DNA of 64,000 bases from Candidatus Acidiferrum sp. (GCA_036522855.1 DATDFA010000016.1:5809-69808), one strand, 5' to 3'. Shown: positions 47,201 through 56,128, counted from the first letter of the stretch. Notes: generated by a model not told the origin, from the letters alone. Numbers and translations: made by a program.

Positions 47201-47668
47201 GACGCCATCTCCCCAGGAAGAACTCTGGCGATTGTTGGGCTCGCCGGTGCCGACCCATACCACTGACGGATCGGAAGGGGCGATGGCGATATCGCCGATG
47301 GTCGACACTCCTTCTTTGTCGAAAACGGACTCCCAGGTGGTGCCGTTGTTGGTGGTTTTCCAGACACCGCCGGATGCGACGCCCACGTACACAATATTTG
47401 GATTGCTTTCGACGGCGGCGAAATCGTCGATGCGCCCGCCCATAACAGCGGGCCCGATTTCGCGGAATTCGAGAGACTTGAATTTGTCCATGGGCGCCGG
47501 TTCGCTGGCAGCGCCGGTTGCAGCCGTGGAAGCAGGTTTTTCTTTAGCCTTGTCAGCCTTCTTTTTTTGCTCGGAGGCTTTCTTGCCTTTTTGACCTGCG
47601 AGCGGACCCGCGGCGATAACAAAAACTCCGCACAACACCAGAATCATACGGATGTACCGCTTGGACAT
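44276..47668 (-). CDS. secreted BNR/Asp-box repeat (sortilin/VPS10- or GH74-like) double beta-propeller protein with C-terminal extension
   Basis: 1130 aa with signal MSKRYIRMILVLCGVFVIAAGPLAG. There are about 10 Asp-box repeats (TTNNGTTW, STDAGKTW, TTDGGKTW, TTDGGVTW, SEDKGETW, SEDGGKSF, SYDNGKTW, STDRGDSW, TRDGGKTW, SWDRGANW). After a K/E-rich linker comes an Ig-like segment (KITITDSAGKVVRELDG) and a helical tail. Confidence 0.75.
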   Translation of the reverse strand: MSKRYIRMILVLCGVFVIAAGPLAGQKGKKASEQKKKADKAKEKPASTAATGAASEPAPMDKFKSLEFREIGPAVMGGRIDDFAAVESNPNIVYVGVASGGVWKTTNNGTTWESVFDKEGVSTIGDIAIAPSDPSVVWVGTGEPNNRQSSSWGDGVYKSTDAGKTWKNMGLAETRHIGRVVIHPKNPDVVYAAALGHLWGPNPERGVYKTTDGGKTWNQVLKISNDTGVSDIAMDPESPDTLYAAAYQRRRTPFGFNGGGIESAIYKTTDGGVTWKKLTKGLPYENGGETGRIGLDIYRKDPNIVYALVQHDKGGIYRSEDKGETWKKMSDTNPRPSYYSQVRIDPNNDLRIWALGAAMFFSEDGGKSFTTRRVQKIHGDFHALWIDPADSNHILAGSDGGIHWSYDNGKTWDFLNDIAIGQFYEIGLDNEKPYHICGGLQDNGSWCGPSRTLTRDGVTNDDWTLIHGGDGFYAEIDNVEPWIVYTESQDGHIARRNMRTAQERSIEPEAKYGDPHYRFQWNSPVAVSVHDHNTIYYGGNYFFKSTDRGDSWTRLGNDLTTGIDRNKLQIWGKTPDKQTLSRHDGVEEFPTITTISESPLTADVLWAGTDDGNVQVTRDGGKTWKNVAANCPGVPKGTYISRVVASKYGEGSAYVTFDGHRTDDYAIYIFATSDYGETCKLIRNGIPDTAGTVHVVREHPRNANLLFAGTEFGLWISWDRGANWSAFKNNFPTVPVDDIELQARENDLVLATHGRSIWIFDDLTPLEKMDATVAASDLTFFPPRTTDIWRNVPRRWSAGQKMFNGKNPPPGAIINYYLKAALPPPEAKKDAAQSKETADAEKSAEKHDEKQEPKKEAKVKITITDSAGKVVRELDGPAAAGVNRTSWDLRYTAPSEPTPEQLEAIAAGYGFGPRGPFIEPGEYTIKIKAGEKEATQKFTVEEDPRLQLTAEDRAARHAAIEQLYGMAKTAAKDRKTVLGVQAALKTARENWKKESAKPDGMKIPADIVKSADDLQKKVDEIALKYQREQQGLGNAGPPFEWKPDPLPNQVQELMADLDDFAAAPGGQQKEKLAELTPLVVDGSAQVKKVAEDEFGALNKKMNDAGIPHIVPAPPAPTGRGGADDDDEGVI

Positions 47669-47922
47669 AATTCCTCCCGAAAAACATTTCAGCTGAAACC
47701 GGAGCGGAGCCGCGAATGATAGCGCGTGGAACGTCCAGATGCAGCATGTGAATTCTTAGTGAACAGAGCTCGACACTGTTGGGAGTGACGTAGCGGGCGG
47801 CGATTTGGTTTCGTACGCGGGAGGCGTACCAGAGGAATAGCGAGGCGGCAAGCGGGAATCGCCGCGGCCGCACGCAACCCAAACTGCGTGCTAAGCTATC
47901 GAACTGTTTTGTTTGTTACCGC

Positions 47923-50220
47923 ATGCAGCGCATTCGCTTAACTTTGAGACCAAGGAAAATGGGCTTCCGCCGCAATGTATTTGCCGTTTGCGCGGCAACT
48001 TTGGCATTGTGGGCGGCACGAAGCGATGCACAACAGTTACGGCTGCCCTCGGGAAAAGGAAAGTACGCGGAACTTTCCTCGGATGGCCCGCAATCACGAA
48101 AAGGCGACGTCTTCACGGCCGATAAAAATGTGGACTTGCAGTATGACGGGATGCGGCTGCGCGCCGACCATGTCGAGTACAACGATACGACCCACGACTC
48201 GCGGGCAACCGGGCACGTGCAGTTTGATTACGAAAACGAGCATCTGGAAGCGGAGGAAGGGCGCTACAACTTCGCGACTGGCGCGGGCACATTCACAAAC
48301 GTGCGCGGCAACATAAAAATTGCGCGGCGGCCGAATCCGATGGTGCTGGTTTCGGTGAATCCGCTGTACTTCGAAGCGCGCCAAGTCGATCGTTACGGGA
48401 ATGACATTTTCATTGTGCATCAGGCGTGGATCACCGTCTGCGATCAGGAGCGGCCAACATGGAAAATGTATGCGCCGCGCGCAAGGATTCACTTAAACAA
48501 ATCGGTGGCACTAGTGAATGCGAATTTCCGGCTCTACAAAGTGCCGCTGATTTATCTGCCTTACGCTACCGCGCCGGCCGGACAAAAAATTCGTCAATCG
48601 GGATTTCTGCTGCCGGATATTGGAAACAGTTCGACCAAGGGTTACGTGTTGGGCGATGCCTACTACTGGGCGCCCACCACCTGGGCCGATGCAACCATCG
48701 GTGCGCAAGATTTGACCAAACGGGGTTCCTCGCAGCGCGCTGAAGTACGCATGCGCCCTTTCGAGAACACTTCGTTTCTGTACACGTATTACGGAGTGGT
48801 GGATCGCGGAGTGCCGGGTGCCAACGGCTTGTTGCAATCGCAAGGCGGGCACCAGCAGCAGCTTGAAGTGCAATCGCTACTCCCGCATGGCTGGCGATTC
48901 GTGGCGGACTTCAACCAACTTTCTTCGCTCACGTTCCGGCTGGCGTTCGCCGACACGTACGGGGACGCGATCACCTCCGAAGTGAACAGCGCAGTCTTTC
49001 TAAGCAATAATTTTCACGGGTTCAGCCTGAATCTCGCCGGCCTGAACAACAAAAGTTTTCTGACAATTTTCCCGGAAACCAGCGTATCGCTGCGCAATTT
49101 GCCCGAAGCACGATTTGGCTCAGTGGAACAAGCGCCATGGCGCAATCTTCCGATTTACTTCAGCTTTGATTCCTTCGTTGGCACTTTGCATCGGCAAGAT
49201 CAGTTTTTGACGACCGACGCAGCGGTGCAAAGAACGGAGTTTGCGCCAAAGGTGACCGTGCCGCTGCATTTTGGTCCCTGGCTTGGCGTTACGGCAAGCG
49301 GTGCGGTGCGCACGACGCGCTATGGGGCGTCGCTTGACGCGACGGGTAATTTGAGCGAGCAGTCGGTGACCAGGAACGACGGCGAATTTACCCTGGAGCT
49401 GCGGCCTCCGGTGCTGGAAAGATATTTTCGGCGCGCAAAGTCGAAACGAAAATACAAGCACACCATCGAGCCGGAAGTTACTTACCGCTACGTTTCCGGC
49501 ATCAACGATTTCGAACGCTTTATCCGGTTCGATTCGGACGCGACGCTTTCGAATACCAACGAGGTCGAATACGGATTCGCGCAGCGACTGTATGTGAAAA
49601 GCGGTGATGATCAACCGCTGGAGTTCTTGTCGTGGAGTGTGGTGCAGAAACATTATTTCGATCCGACATTTGGCGGCGCAATTGTGGACGGCGAGCGCAA
49701 TGTTTTGCAGCCGTTGAACTCCATTACGCCATTTGCGTTTGCAACGGGACCGCGGAATTCGTCGCCGATTGTCAGCGACTTGAAAGTGACCCCCGGGGGC
49801 AGATACGACGCCGAGCAGCTCGTTGAATACGATCCGCAACTGAACAAAATCGTGGCCGAGGGAACCCTGGTAAGAGTAAAGCCCTACAGTGAATTCTTTG
49901 TGACTCTGGCGCACTTTCACATTCAGGATGACCCGATTCTCCAGCCGCTTTCGAACCAGGTCCGCGCCCTCTTGGGGTTCGGAAGTTTTAATCGCAAGGG
50001 GTTCAACTTTACCGGCGGCGTCAGTTACGACGTCCAGAACAGCGCGCTGCAGAACCAGATCGCGCAGGTCACTTACAACGGAAATTGCTGCGGGCTGTCT
50101 TTCGAATACCGCCGGATTGCTCTTGGCCAAGTGCGCACGGAAAACCAATTCCGCGTGGCTTTTAACATCGCCAATATCGGTACGCTGGGCAATCTACGGC
50201 GTCAGGAAAAAATCTTTTAG
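47923..50220 (+). CDS. lptD: LPS-assembly outer-membrane protein LptD (OstA family)
   Basis: 765 aa; the alternative start ATG 47959 gives signal MGFRRNVFAVCAATLALWAARSDA. The OstA-like N-domain reads ADHVEYNDTTHDSRATGHVQFDYENEHLEAEEGRYNFATGAGTF. A large beta-barrel follows with alternating hydrophobic pattern, ending in ...RRQEKIF. Confidence 0.75.
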   Translation: MQRIRLTLRPRKMGFRRNVFAVCAATLALWAARSDAQQLRLPSGKGKYAELSSDGPQSRKGDVFTADKNVDLQYDGMRLRADHVEYNDTTHDSRATGHVQFDYENEHLEAEEGRYNFATGAGTFTNVRGNIKIARRPNPMVLVSVNPLYFEARQVDRYGNDIFIVHQAWITVCDQERPTWKMYAPRARIHLNKSVALVNANFRLYKVPLIYLPYATAPAGQKIRQSGFLLPDIGNSSTKGYVLGDAYYWAPTTWADATIGAQDLTKRGSSQRAEVRMRPFENTSFLYTYYGVVDRGVPGANGLLQSQGGHQQQLEVQSLLPHGWRFVADFNQLSSLTFRLAFADTYGDAITSEVNSAVFLSNNFHGFSLNLAGLNNKSFLTIFPETSVSLRNLPEARFGSVEQAPWRNLPIYFSFDSFVGTLHRQDQFLTTDAAVQRTEFAPKVTVPLHFGPWLGVTASGAVRTTRYGASLDATGNLSEQSVTRNDGEFTLELRPPVLERYFRRAKSKRKYKHTIEPEVTYRYVSGINDFERFIRFDSDATLSNTNEVEYGFAQRLYVKSGDDQPLEFLSWSVVQKHYFDPTFGGAIVDGERNVLQPLNSITPFAFATGPRNSSPIVSDLKVTPGGRYDAEQLVEYDPQLNKIVAEGTLVRVKPYSEFFVTLAHFHIQDDPILQPLSNQVRALLGFGSFNRKGFNFTGGVSYDVQNSALQNQIAQVTYNGNCCGLSFEYRRIALGQVRTENQFRVAFNIANIGTLGNLRRQEKIF

Positions 50221-50285
50221 CGCGGTTGCGGCCCTGTTTTGCCTGCAAATTCCGCCGGTGGATACGGCAAATCCTCGGAAAACTT

Positions 50286-50314
50286 TTAGACAGTCTGATT
50301 GTTACTGGTATACT
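50286..50314 (+). promoter_or_regulatory. sigma70-like promoter candidate for the CocE/NonD hydrolase gene
   Basis: TTAGAC (50286-50291), a 17-nt spacer, then TATACT (50309-50314). AGGAGA at 50362-50367 precedes ATG 50374. Confidence 0.45.
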
Positions 50315-50373
50315 CTCGCGCAGTTCTTTGGAAATTTACCGAAACGGTTGTGTGAAAAGACAGGAGAATTCCG

Positions 50374-52269
50374 ATGCGAATCGCCGCCCTGGTGCCTCTG
50401 GTTTTTTTTCTGGCATTGCCTGTTTGCGCGCAGCAACCTGCCTCGGCGCCCGCTACCGCTCCTATTTTTAATTTGCAAGAAGTGATGATACCGGTGCGCG
50501 ACGGAGTGCATTTGCAAACGGTGATCCTCACGCCGGTGGGAGCCACCAAACCATTACCAATATTATTCCGGCGCACGCCTTACGGCGTACCGGAAAAAGC
50601 TCCCGAGCAGATGCCCGCATCGCTGAAAGAACTCGCTCAGGACGGCTACATTTTTGTCATTCAGAATCTGCGCGGCCGTTTCAAGTCTGAGGGCGTTTTT
50701 CTGCTTTCCTCCTGGGTCGATCTGAAGGATCCGAAAGCCACCAATGAAACCACTGATGCCTACGATTCCATCGAATGGCTGGTTAAAAACGTCCCCAATA
50801 ACAACGGCAAAGTCGGCATGTATGGAGTTTCCTACGACGGTCTCACCACCGCGCTCGCGCTGCTGCATCCACATCCGGCGCTAAAAGCAATGAGTGAACA
50901 AGCTTCGCCCGTCGATCAATGGATGAACGACGACGATCATCGCTACGGCGCGCTACGCGAAAGTTATGATTTCGAATACGCGGTCCTGGAACAAGCTGAC
51001 AAGAACAAAAACACGAATTTTAATTTTGAAATTTACGATGGCTATGAGTGGTACCTCAACCTCGGCCCGCTTTCCAATATCAATGATAAATACCTGCACG
51101 GTTCGATTCCCTACTGGAATGATTCCGTCGCTCATCCGGATTACGACGAATTCTGGAAAAAAGAAGCATGGGTCAGCCAGCTTCACGCTTCAACCGTTCC
51201 CAATCTGAACGTCGCCGGATTTTGGGACCAGGAAGATCCGTGGGGGCCGTGGCAAATTTTCCGGCATGCCGCCGAGCATGATCCCGATCATACGAATTTC
51301 ATCGTTGCGGGACCGTGGTATCACGGCGAGTGGCAGTCTCCAAAGGGAGATTCGATCGGCATCATTCCCTTCGCAGGACACGAGACCGCACGGGAGTTTC
51401 GCGAAAAGATTGAGGCTCCGTTCTTTCGCTACTATCTGCACGGCGAAGGAGAAAAATCCGCGTGGCAAGCGAGTACTTTCGAGAGCGGCTCAAATTCCTG
51501 GCACACTTACGCCGCCTGGCCGCCGAAAGAAGCCAAACTCACCAACCTCTATCTTCACGCGGATGGCACGCTTTCCGTTGCCCCGCCGAGCGGCACACCG
51601 GGCTCAGCTGATACCAAAGAGTTCCGCGAGTATGTTTCCGACCCGGCGAATCCGGTTCCTTACCGTCAACGGCCCATTTCTCCCACATATCCAGCCGGAG
51701 ATTGGCGCACTTGGGAAGTTGCCGACCAGCGATTTGTCGATCATCGCCCTGACGTTTTAAGCTACGTCAGCGCGCCGCTCGAACACGACCTCACTATCAC
51801 GGGGCCGCTGGCCGCCAAACTGTTTGCTTCAACGTCTGGAAGCGATAGCGATTTTATCGTCAAGCTCATTGACGTTTATCCCGACAACGCGCAGAAAAAT
51901 GATTGGAATCCCGAAGCCGGCCCCAAACCCGGCCAATATGCGCAGTCGCTCAACGGCTACGAATTGCCCATCGCGATGGAAGTCCGCCGGGGCCGCTACC
52001 TGGAAAACTTCGAGCACCCGCATGCTCTCGCTCCAAATCAACCCATTGAATGGACTGTGCCGCTACGTGATCACGATCACGTTTTTCTGAAAGGTCACCG
52101 CATCATGGTCCAGATTCAGTCCACCTGGTTTCCATTGATCGATCGCAATCCACAAAAATTCGTCCCAAGCATATACAAGGCGACCGCCGCGGACTTTGTT
52201 TCCGCCACGCAGCGCATCTACTCATCGCCCAAATTGCCATCGCACATCGTTCTTCCTGTCATGCCGTAA
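50374..52269 (+). CDS. CocE/NonD family hydrolase (S15 X-Pro dipeptidyl-peptidase-like)
   Basis: 631 aa with signal MRIAALVPLVFFLALPVCAQ. The nucleophile motif is GKVGMYGVSYDG (GxSYxG). The C-terminal beta-sandwich part reads HRIMVQIQSTWFPLIDRNP. Confidence 0.8.
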   Translation: MRIAALVPLVFFLALPVCAQQPASAPATAPIFNLQEVMIPVRDGVHLQTVILTPVGATKPLPILFRRTPYGVPEKAPEQMPASLKELAQDGYIFVIQNLRGRFKSEGVFLLSSWVDLKDPKATNETTDAYDSIEWLVKNVPNNNGKVGMYGVSYDGLTTALALLHPHPALKAMSEQASPVDQWMNDDDHRYGALRESYDFEYAVLEQADKNKNTNFNFEIYDGYEWYLNLGPLSNINDKYLHGSIPYWNDSVAHPDYDEFWKKEAWVSQLHASTVPNLNVAGFWDQEDPWGPWQIFRHAAEHDPDHTNFIVAGPWYHGEWQSPKGDSIGIIPFAGHETAREFREKIEAPFFRYYLHGEGEKSAWQASTFESGSNSWHTYAAWPPKEAKLTNLYLHADGTLSVAPPSGTPGSADTKEFREYVSDPANPVPYRQRPISPTYPAGDWRTWEVADQRFVDHRPDVLSYVSAPLEHDLTITGPLAAKLFASTSGSDSDFIVKLIDVYPDNAQKNDWNPEAGPKPGQYAQSLNGYELPIAMEVRRGRYLENFEHPHALAPNQPIEWTVPLRDHDHVFLKGHRIMVQIQSTWFPLIDRNPQKFVPSIYKATAADFVSATQRIYSSPKLPSHIVLPVMP

Positions 52270-52288
52270 GGGCCGCGCTCTGACTCTA

Positions 52289-52331
52289 CTGAATTTCGGC
52301 GTATTCAGACCTTTCACTATTTTATGAAAGG
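52289..52331. other. two adjacent small hairpins in the convergent gap (possible weak bidirectional termination signals)
   Basis: The two hairpins are CTGAAT-ttcggcgt-ATTCAG (52289-52308) and CCTTTCA-ctatttta-TGAAAGG (52310-52331). Neither has a clear U-tract. Confidence 0.25.
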
Positions 52332-52344
52332 CTTATGCTTCGTC

Positions 52345-53379
52345 TCACGCACGGACGGCTGCCTGGCGTTCTCCTGAGAGAGCATCTTTTCTTAGCATGA
52401 TCCAATTCCCGATTACATATCCCAGCGTGCCGGTCACAATGCCGCCGAAAATATCCGCGACGTAGTGGTAGCGGCCCCAAATGGTTGAAAAACACATCGC
52501 GGCAACCAGCGGCAGCATCACCCAGAAGAGCCAGCGCCGGAACCGGAATGCTCCCCATAATGCAGCGACGGAACCTGCTACGTGTTCGGAGGGAAATGCC
52601 GCGCCGCGGACTCGTCCTATATGTTCAATGAAATTGATGGTCGCGGTGATCGGTCCACCGTGCAGTTCGCCATGCCATGCGCCTGCCATCGCGAACCACG
52701 GACTCTCGATCGGAAATAACATCGCGATTACATAGCCAATCGCGTAGGCCACGGCGGAATAAGTCATTACCGACCAATAGGCGCGCCACTCGCGCCGGTA
52801 ATAAAGAATTCCTCCCAGCACCAGCAGATAAACAAAATAAGTCAGATAAGCAAGTTGAAACAGGTCGTTGCGTACTGGCGTGGCAAATTGTTCCAGCCAC
52901 ACTGCGGGATGCACTCCAAACATCCGGTGATCGAACGCGATAAGCTTCGCGTCTTGCCAATTCGGATTGACAAGATGAACGAGATAAGCCAATTCCTCAA
53001 AGCAAAATAGAAAAAATAGATGCGGATACCAGTAGCGCCAAAAATGCCAAAAGCGCGTCGCGAGCGTGATGCCGTCTTGCCGGGAGCGCTTTTCGGCACC
53101 CGCTGCCACGCCGCACAGCAAGAAAATAAGTGCAGCCACAAGGGCCTGCGCGCCGATCAGCGTCCATGGATGTGAAAGATTGCGCGAATACGCCAAGATC
53201 ATCAGGCTCGATAGCGTCAAATAGCCGAGTGCAATCCATTCGAACGCGCCAATTGTTTGCCAGATTCGGGACACTTGCATGCGCCATGATTCCGCGGGTG
53301 AAAACGAATCCAATTCGACGGAGTTTCCGGAGGACGTGAGCAGCCTTGCGCCGCGGCGGTCAATTCGTTGCATATTCAT
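52345..53379 (-). CDS. PAP2-superfamily polytopic membrane protein (PAP2_C / head-group-transferase-like)
   Basis: ORF 52345-53415. I chose ATG 53379 because it forms an ATGA overlap with the upstream stop (plus strand TCAT 53376-53379). There are about 8 TM helices. The motifs are AAFPSEHVAGS and WGRYHYVADIFGG (H-Y-x-x-D). Confidence 0.7.
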   Translation of the reverse strand: MNMQRIDRRGARLLTSSGNSVELDSFSPAESWRMQVSRIWQTIGAFEWIALGYLTLSSLMILAYSRNLSHPWTLIGAQALVAALIFLLCGVAAGAEKRSRQDGITLATRFWHFWRYWYPHLFFLFCFEELAYLVHLVNPNWQDAKLIAFDHRMFGVHPAVWLEQFATPVRNDLFQLAYLTYFVYLLVLGGILYYRREWRAYWSVMTYSAVAYAIGYVIAMLFPIESPWFAMAGAWHGELHGGPITATINFIEHIGRVRGAAFPSEHVAGSVAALWGAFRFRRWLFWVMLPLVAAMCFSTIWGRYHYVADIFGGIVTGTLGYVIGNWIMLRKDALSGERQAAVRA

Positions 53380-54170
53380 CGTGCCGCCAAATCTTTCTTT
53401 TTCCAAGAGGGCCATGCGTGGAGCCGGTCGGTGGCGTCACTCACTTCAGTTGGCATTTGGCGCCGCCCGGTTACGGCGCGCAACGGCTTATAGGTCCACG
53501 TCAACACATGCCAGCCACGCAGCCGCGCGATGCGTCTCATGCGCTTGGTCGGATTGATCGCGAATGGATGGCCAACCGAATCGAGCATCCAGCGATCCAG
53601 CGAAGAATCTCCATATGCGCTGCATTGGGACAGCGGAGCTTGCCGTGCGTTTGCAAAGGCTTTCATCGCGTTTGATTTTGCTTCGCCAAACAGGGCAGGC
53701 CCGGAAATATGGCCTGTCCACAAGCCGTCGCGAATCTCCAGTTGCGTCGCTAGCACATCAATCTTGGTCTCGACGCCGCGCTCTAGAAGTTCTCGCTCGA
53801 CCGCAAATTTCACGATTTCCGCAAGTTGCGCGAGGGTTCCACTGACCAGCACAATCGAATCGCCGCGAAGCGCGTGCCACCAGACACGTTGCAGCGCAGC
53901 GGGAAAGAATTCCGGCAGCAATTCCGGCACCCGGACAGCGCTTCGCTCCGCACGGGAAAGAATTCCCGCGGACACGTGACGCAGATACATTTTGTTCGCG
54001 TGAACCGCCAGCCGGAAACCGCGCGGCCCGCGGCGAAACATCTCCACTAACCAAGAAAAATAATTCTTTGCCGGAATTTCCCCTCGCCGCCGGAGTTCGT
54101 GGAAAAATCTCCTCTCCAGCGAAGGCTTGGCCAGCAGGGTTCCATCAATGTCGAAGAACGCGATGCTCAT
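53376..54170 (-). CDS. HAD-IB family phosphatase
   Basis: 264 aa starting MSIAFFDIDGTLL (motif I). It has VLVSGT (motif II) and AYGDSSLDRWML (motif IV). The start overlaps the upstream stop as ATGA (plus strand TCAT 54167-54170). Confidence 0.75.
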   Translation of the reverse strand: MSIAFFDIDGTLLAKPSLERRFFHELRRRGEIPAKNYFSWLVEMFRRGPRGFRLAVHANKMYLRHVSAGILSRAERSAVRVPELLPEFFPAALQRVWWHALRGDSIVLVSGTLAQLAEIVKFAVERELLERGVETKIDVLATQLEIRDGLWTGHISGPALFGEAKSNAMKAFANARQAPLSQCSAYGDSSLDRWMLDSVGHPFAINPTKRMRRIARLRGWHVLTWTYKPLRAVTGRRQMPTEVSDATDRLHAWPSWKKKDLAAR

Positions 54171-54838
54171 GCCGCCTCCGCCGAGGATTTTCGTCCGCGA
54201 ATCCCGATCGCTTCCCGAGCAAAAAATTTCCAGCCTTCCAGGATTACCGGCAACCCGCGCAATAAACAGAACACCGCGGTGGCCCAGCTAAGAATCTGTG
54301 CGATGGCGCGAATCGTAAGATGTGTCTGGCCGGCAATAGTGCCCAGCAGCGCCACCGGGCCGCGCGTCAATGCCAGCTCCAATCCCAGATAGCAAAAGCA
54401 GGCGCACTTCAATGTTGCGTAGAGTCCGCGGCTCCATCGCGATGCCACCAGCGCGCGTCCCCACCAGGTTTGCAGCATGGCGCTCGGTCCCCAGCCTGAG
54501 TACCCCGACTTTAACGCCAGTCCACGCAGAAAATCGGTGACCGCACCGCGCGCGAAAAACAAGACCGGCAGCCACAGAGAAACCATTCCCACCACCGCAA
54601 AATATGTGAAGAACATGTTTTCGATCATGCGGTCGCCGAGAATATCCAGTTGCGCTCCCAGCGGCGTGGCCATCCGTTGTTTGCGGGCGAGGTGACCGTC
54701 AAGAGCATCAAGTGCTATGGCAGCAACCGTGAGCATGACTGCCGCAAGGTTGGCCCAGGTACCATGGCCAAAAAGCGCCACTGCGGCAAATCCGACCGCC
54801 ACGCGAAGCGCAGTTACCTTGTTGGGCGTCCAATACAT
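54167..54838 (-). CDS. CDP-alcohol phosphatidyltransferase
   Basis: ORF 54167-55081. I chose ATG 54838 (MYWTPNKVTALRV...); the start is uncertain. The family motif is perfect: DALDGHLARKQRMATPLGAQLDILGD (D-x2-D-G-x2-A-R-x8-G-x3-D-x3-D). Confidence 0.8.
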   Translation of the reverse strand: MYWTPNKVTALRVAVGFAAVALFGHGTWANLAAVMLTVAAIALDALDGHLARKQRMATPLGAQLDILGDRMIENMFFTYFAVVGMVSLWLPVLFFARGAVTDFLRGLALKSGYSGWGPSAMLQTWWGRALVASRWSRGLYATLKCACFCYLGLELALTRGPVALLGTIAGQTHLTIRAIAQILSWATAVFCLLRGLPVILEGWKFFAREAIGIRGRKSSAEAA

Positions 54839-55127
54839 TGGAATCCAAGCCTCGCTGGAGAGGGAGCAATCGAGTCGCCAGAACACACCGTGACAAGCGC
54901 TTGATTCCATTGTACTTATGATTGACCTTGAGATTGTGCCGCGTGGGAACCGCCAAATTCGGCTGGCAGGGTGTCGTCCTTGCGTGATCCCGGCTCGGGG
55001 ACCGCTCGTCACCGAGTTCTTTGAAAGTGTGCAAGAATGTTGGCGGCGATTCAAGCTGACCCGCTGAAAATTCCATGACACTTATCGAGGTCGCGGACAT
55101 CGAATCCGTTTCGGAGCCAAACCGCGC

Positions 55128-56027
55128 ATGAACTCAGACGTTTCGCTTGCCGCAGCGTTTCTCGCCGGCCTCGTATCTTTTCTCTCGCCATGCGTCCTCC
55201 CGCTGGTGCCCGGCTACGTTTCCATGCTCAGCGGAATCGGCGTTGAGCAGCTTCGCCAAGGGCAGCAGCCGCGCGGCAGTCTTTTTTCCTCTGCGCTTTC
55301 GTTCGTGGTCGGTTTTTCCGTGGTGTTCATCGCGTTTGGAGCATCGGCAAGCGCAGTGGGCTCGTTTCTGCAGCAAAACCGGTATGCGCTCGCACCCATC
55401 GCGGGCGCGCTGATTATTTTGTTTGGTTTGCATCTGACCGGCGCGCTCATGAAACTGAGCCCGCGTGCCGGAATATTCCTTGGAATTATTTTGTCCGCGT
55501 TGGCGCTTGCGGCGCTGATCCATCGCGGAGTGTTGTTCGCGGGACTTGGCGCCGTGCATTTCTTCTCGCTGAGCATCATCGGCTTTTTTGGGCCGGCACT
55601 GGCGAGATGGCTGAATTGCGATGTACATCTGCGCAGTACCAGCAAGCAGCCCGGCATTTGGAGCGGATTTTTGCTGGGCTTCGCATTCGCGTTCGGCTGG
55701 ACACCGTGCATCGGACCTATCTTGACCACGGTGCTGGCGCTGGCGGCACAGAGCGACACAATCGCGCGCGGCGTTCTGCTACTAGCAATCTATTCCGCTG
55801 GACTGGCCATCCCATTCCTGCTGGCGGCGCTGGGGATCGTGCAGTTCCTGAAATTTTATCAGCGCTTCCGAAAGTACTTGCACGCCGTCGAACTCGGTAG
55901 CGGCGTACTGCTGTTGTTTGTAGGCGGACTGGTCTTTTTCAACAAGCTGACCTGGCTGGTGGGAAAATTGAGTTTCTTGAATAGCATTGCGCTGTGGCTG
56001 GAACGCACGCTGACGCACGGAAAATAA
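55128..56027 (+). CDS. ccdA: cytochrome c biogenesis / thiol-disulfide electron-transfer membrane protein CcdA (DsbD beta-domain homologue)
   Basis: 299 aa with about 8 TM helices. The motif SPCVLPLVPGYVS is in TM1 and the second Cys lies in FGWTPCIGPIL. Confidence 0.85.
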   Translation: MNSDVSLAAAFLAGLVSFLSPCVLPLVPGYVSMLSGIGVEQLRQGQQPRGSLFSSALSFVVGFSVVFIAFGASASAVGSFLQQNRYALAPIAGALIILFGLHLTGALMKLSPRAGIFLGIILSALALAALIHRGVLFAGLGAVHFFSLSIIGFFGPALARWLNCDVHLRSTSKQPGIWSGFLLGFAFAFGWTPCIGPILTTVLALAAQSDTIARGVLLLAIYSAGLAIPFLLAALGIVQFLKFYQRFRKYLHAVELGSGVLLLFVGGLVFFNKLTWLVGKLSFLNSIALWLERTLTHGK

Positions 56028-56128
56028 AGCATGTAAGACTGCGCCAGGGCCAACTCCGACAAAAACGGACAGCCGCGTTATACTGAAAGAAGAGGAAGCG
56101 CGAGAAAACGGCAACTTTGGAATCAGCG

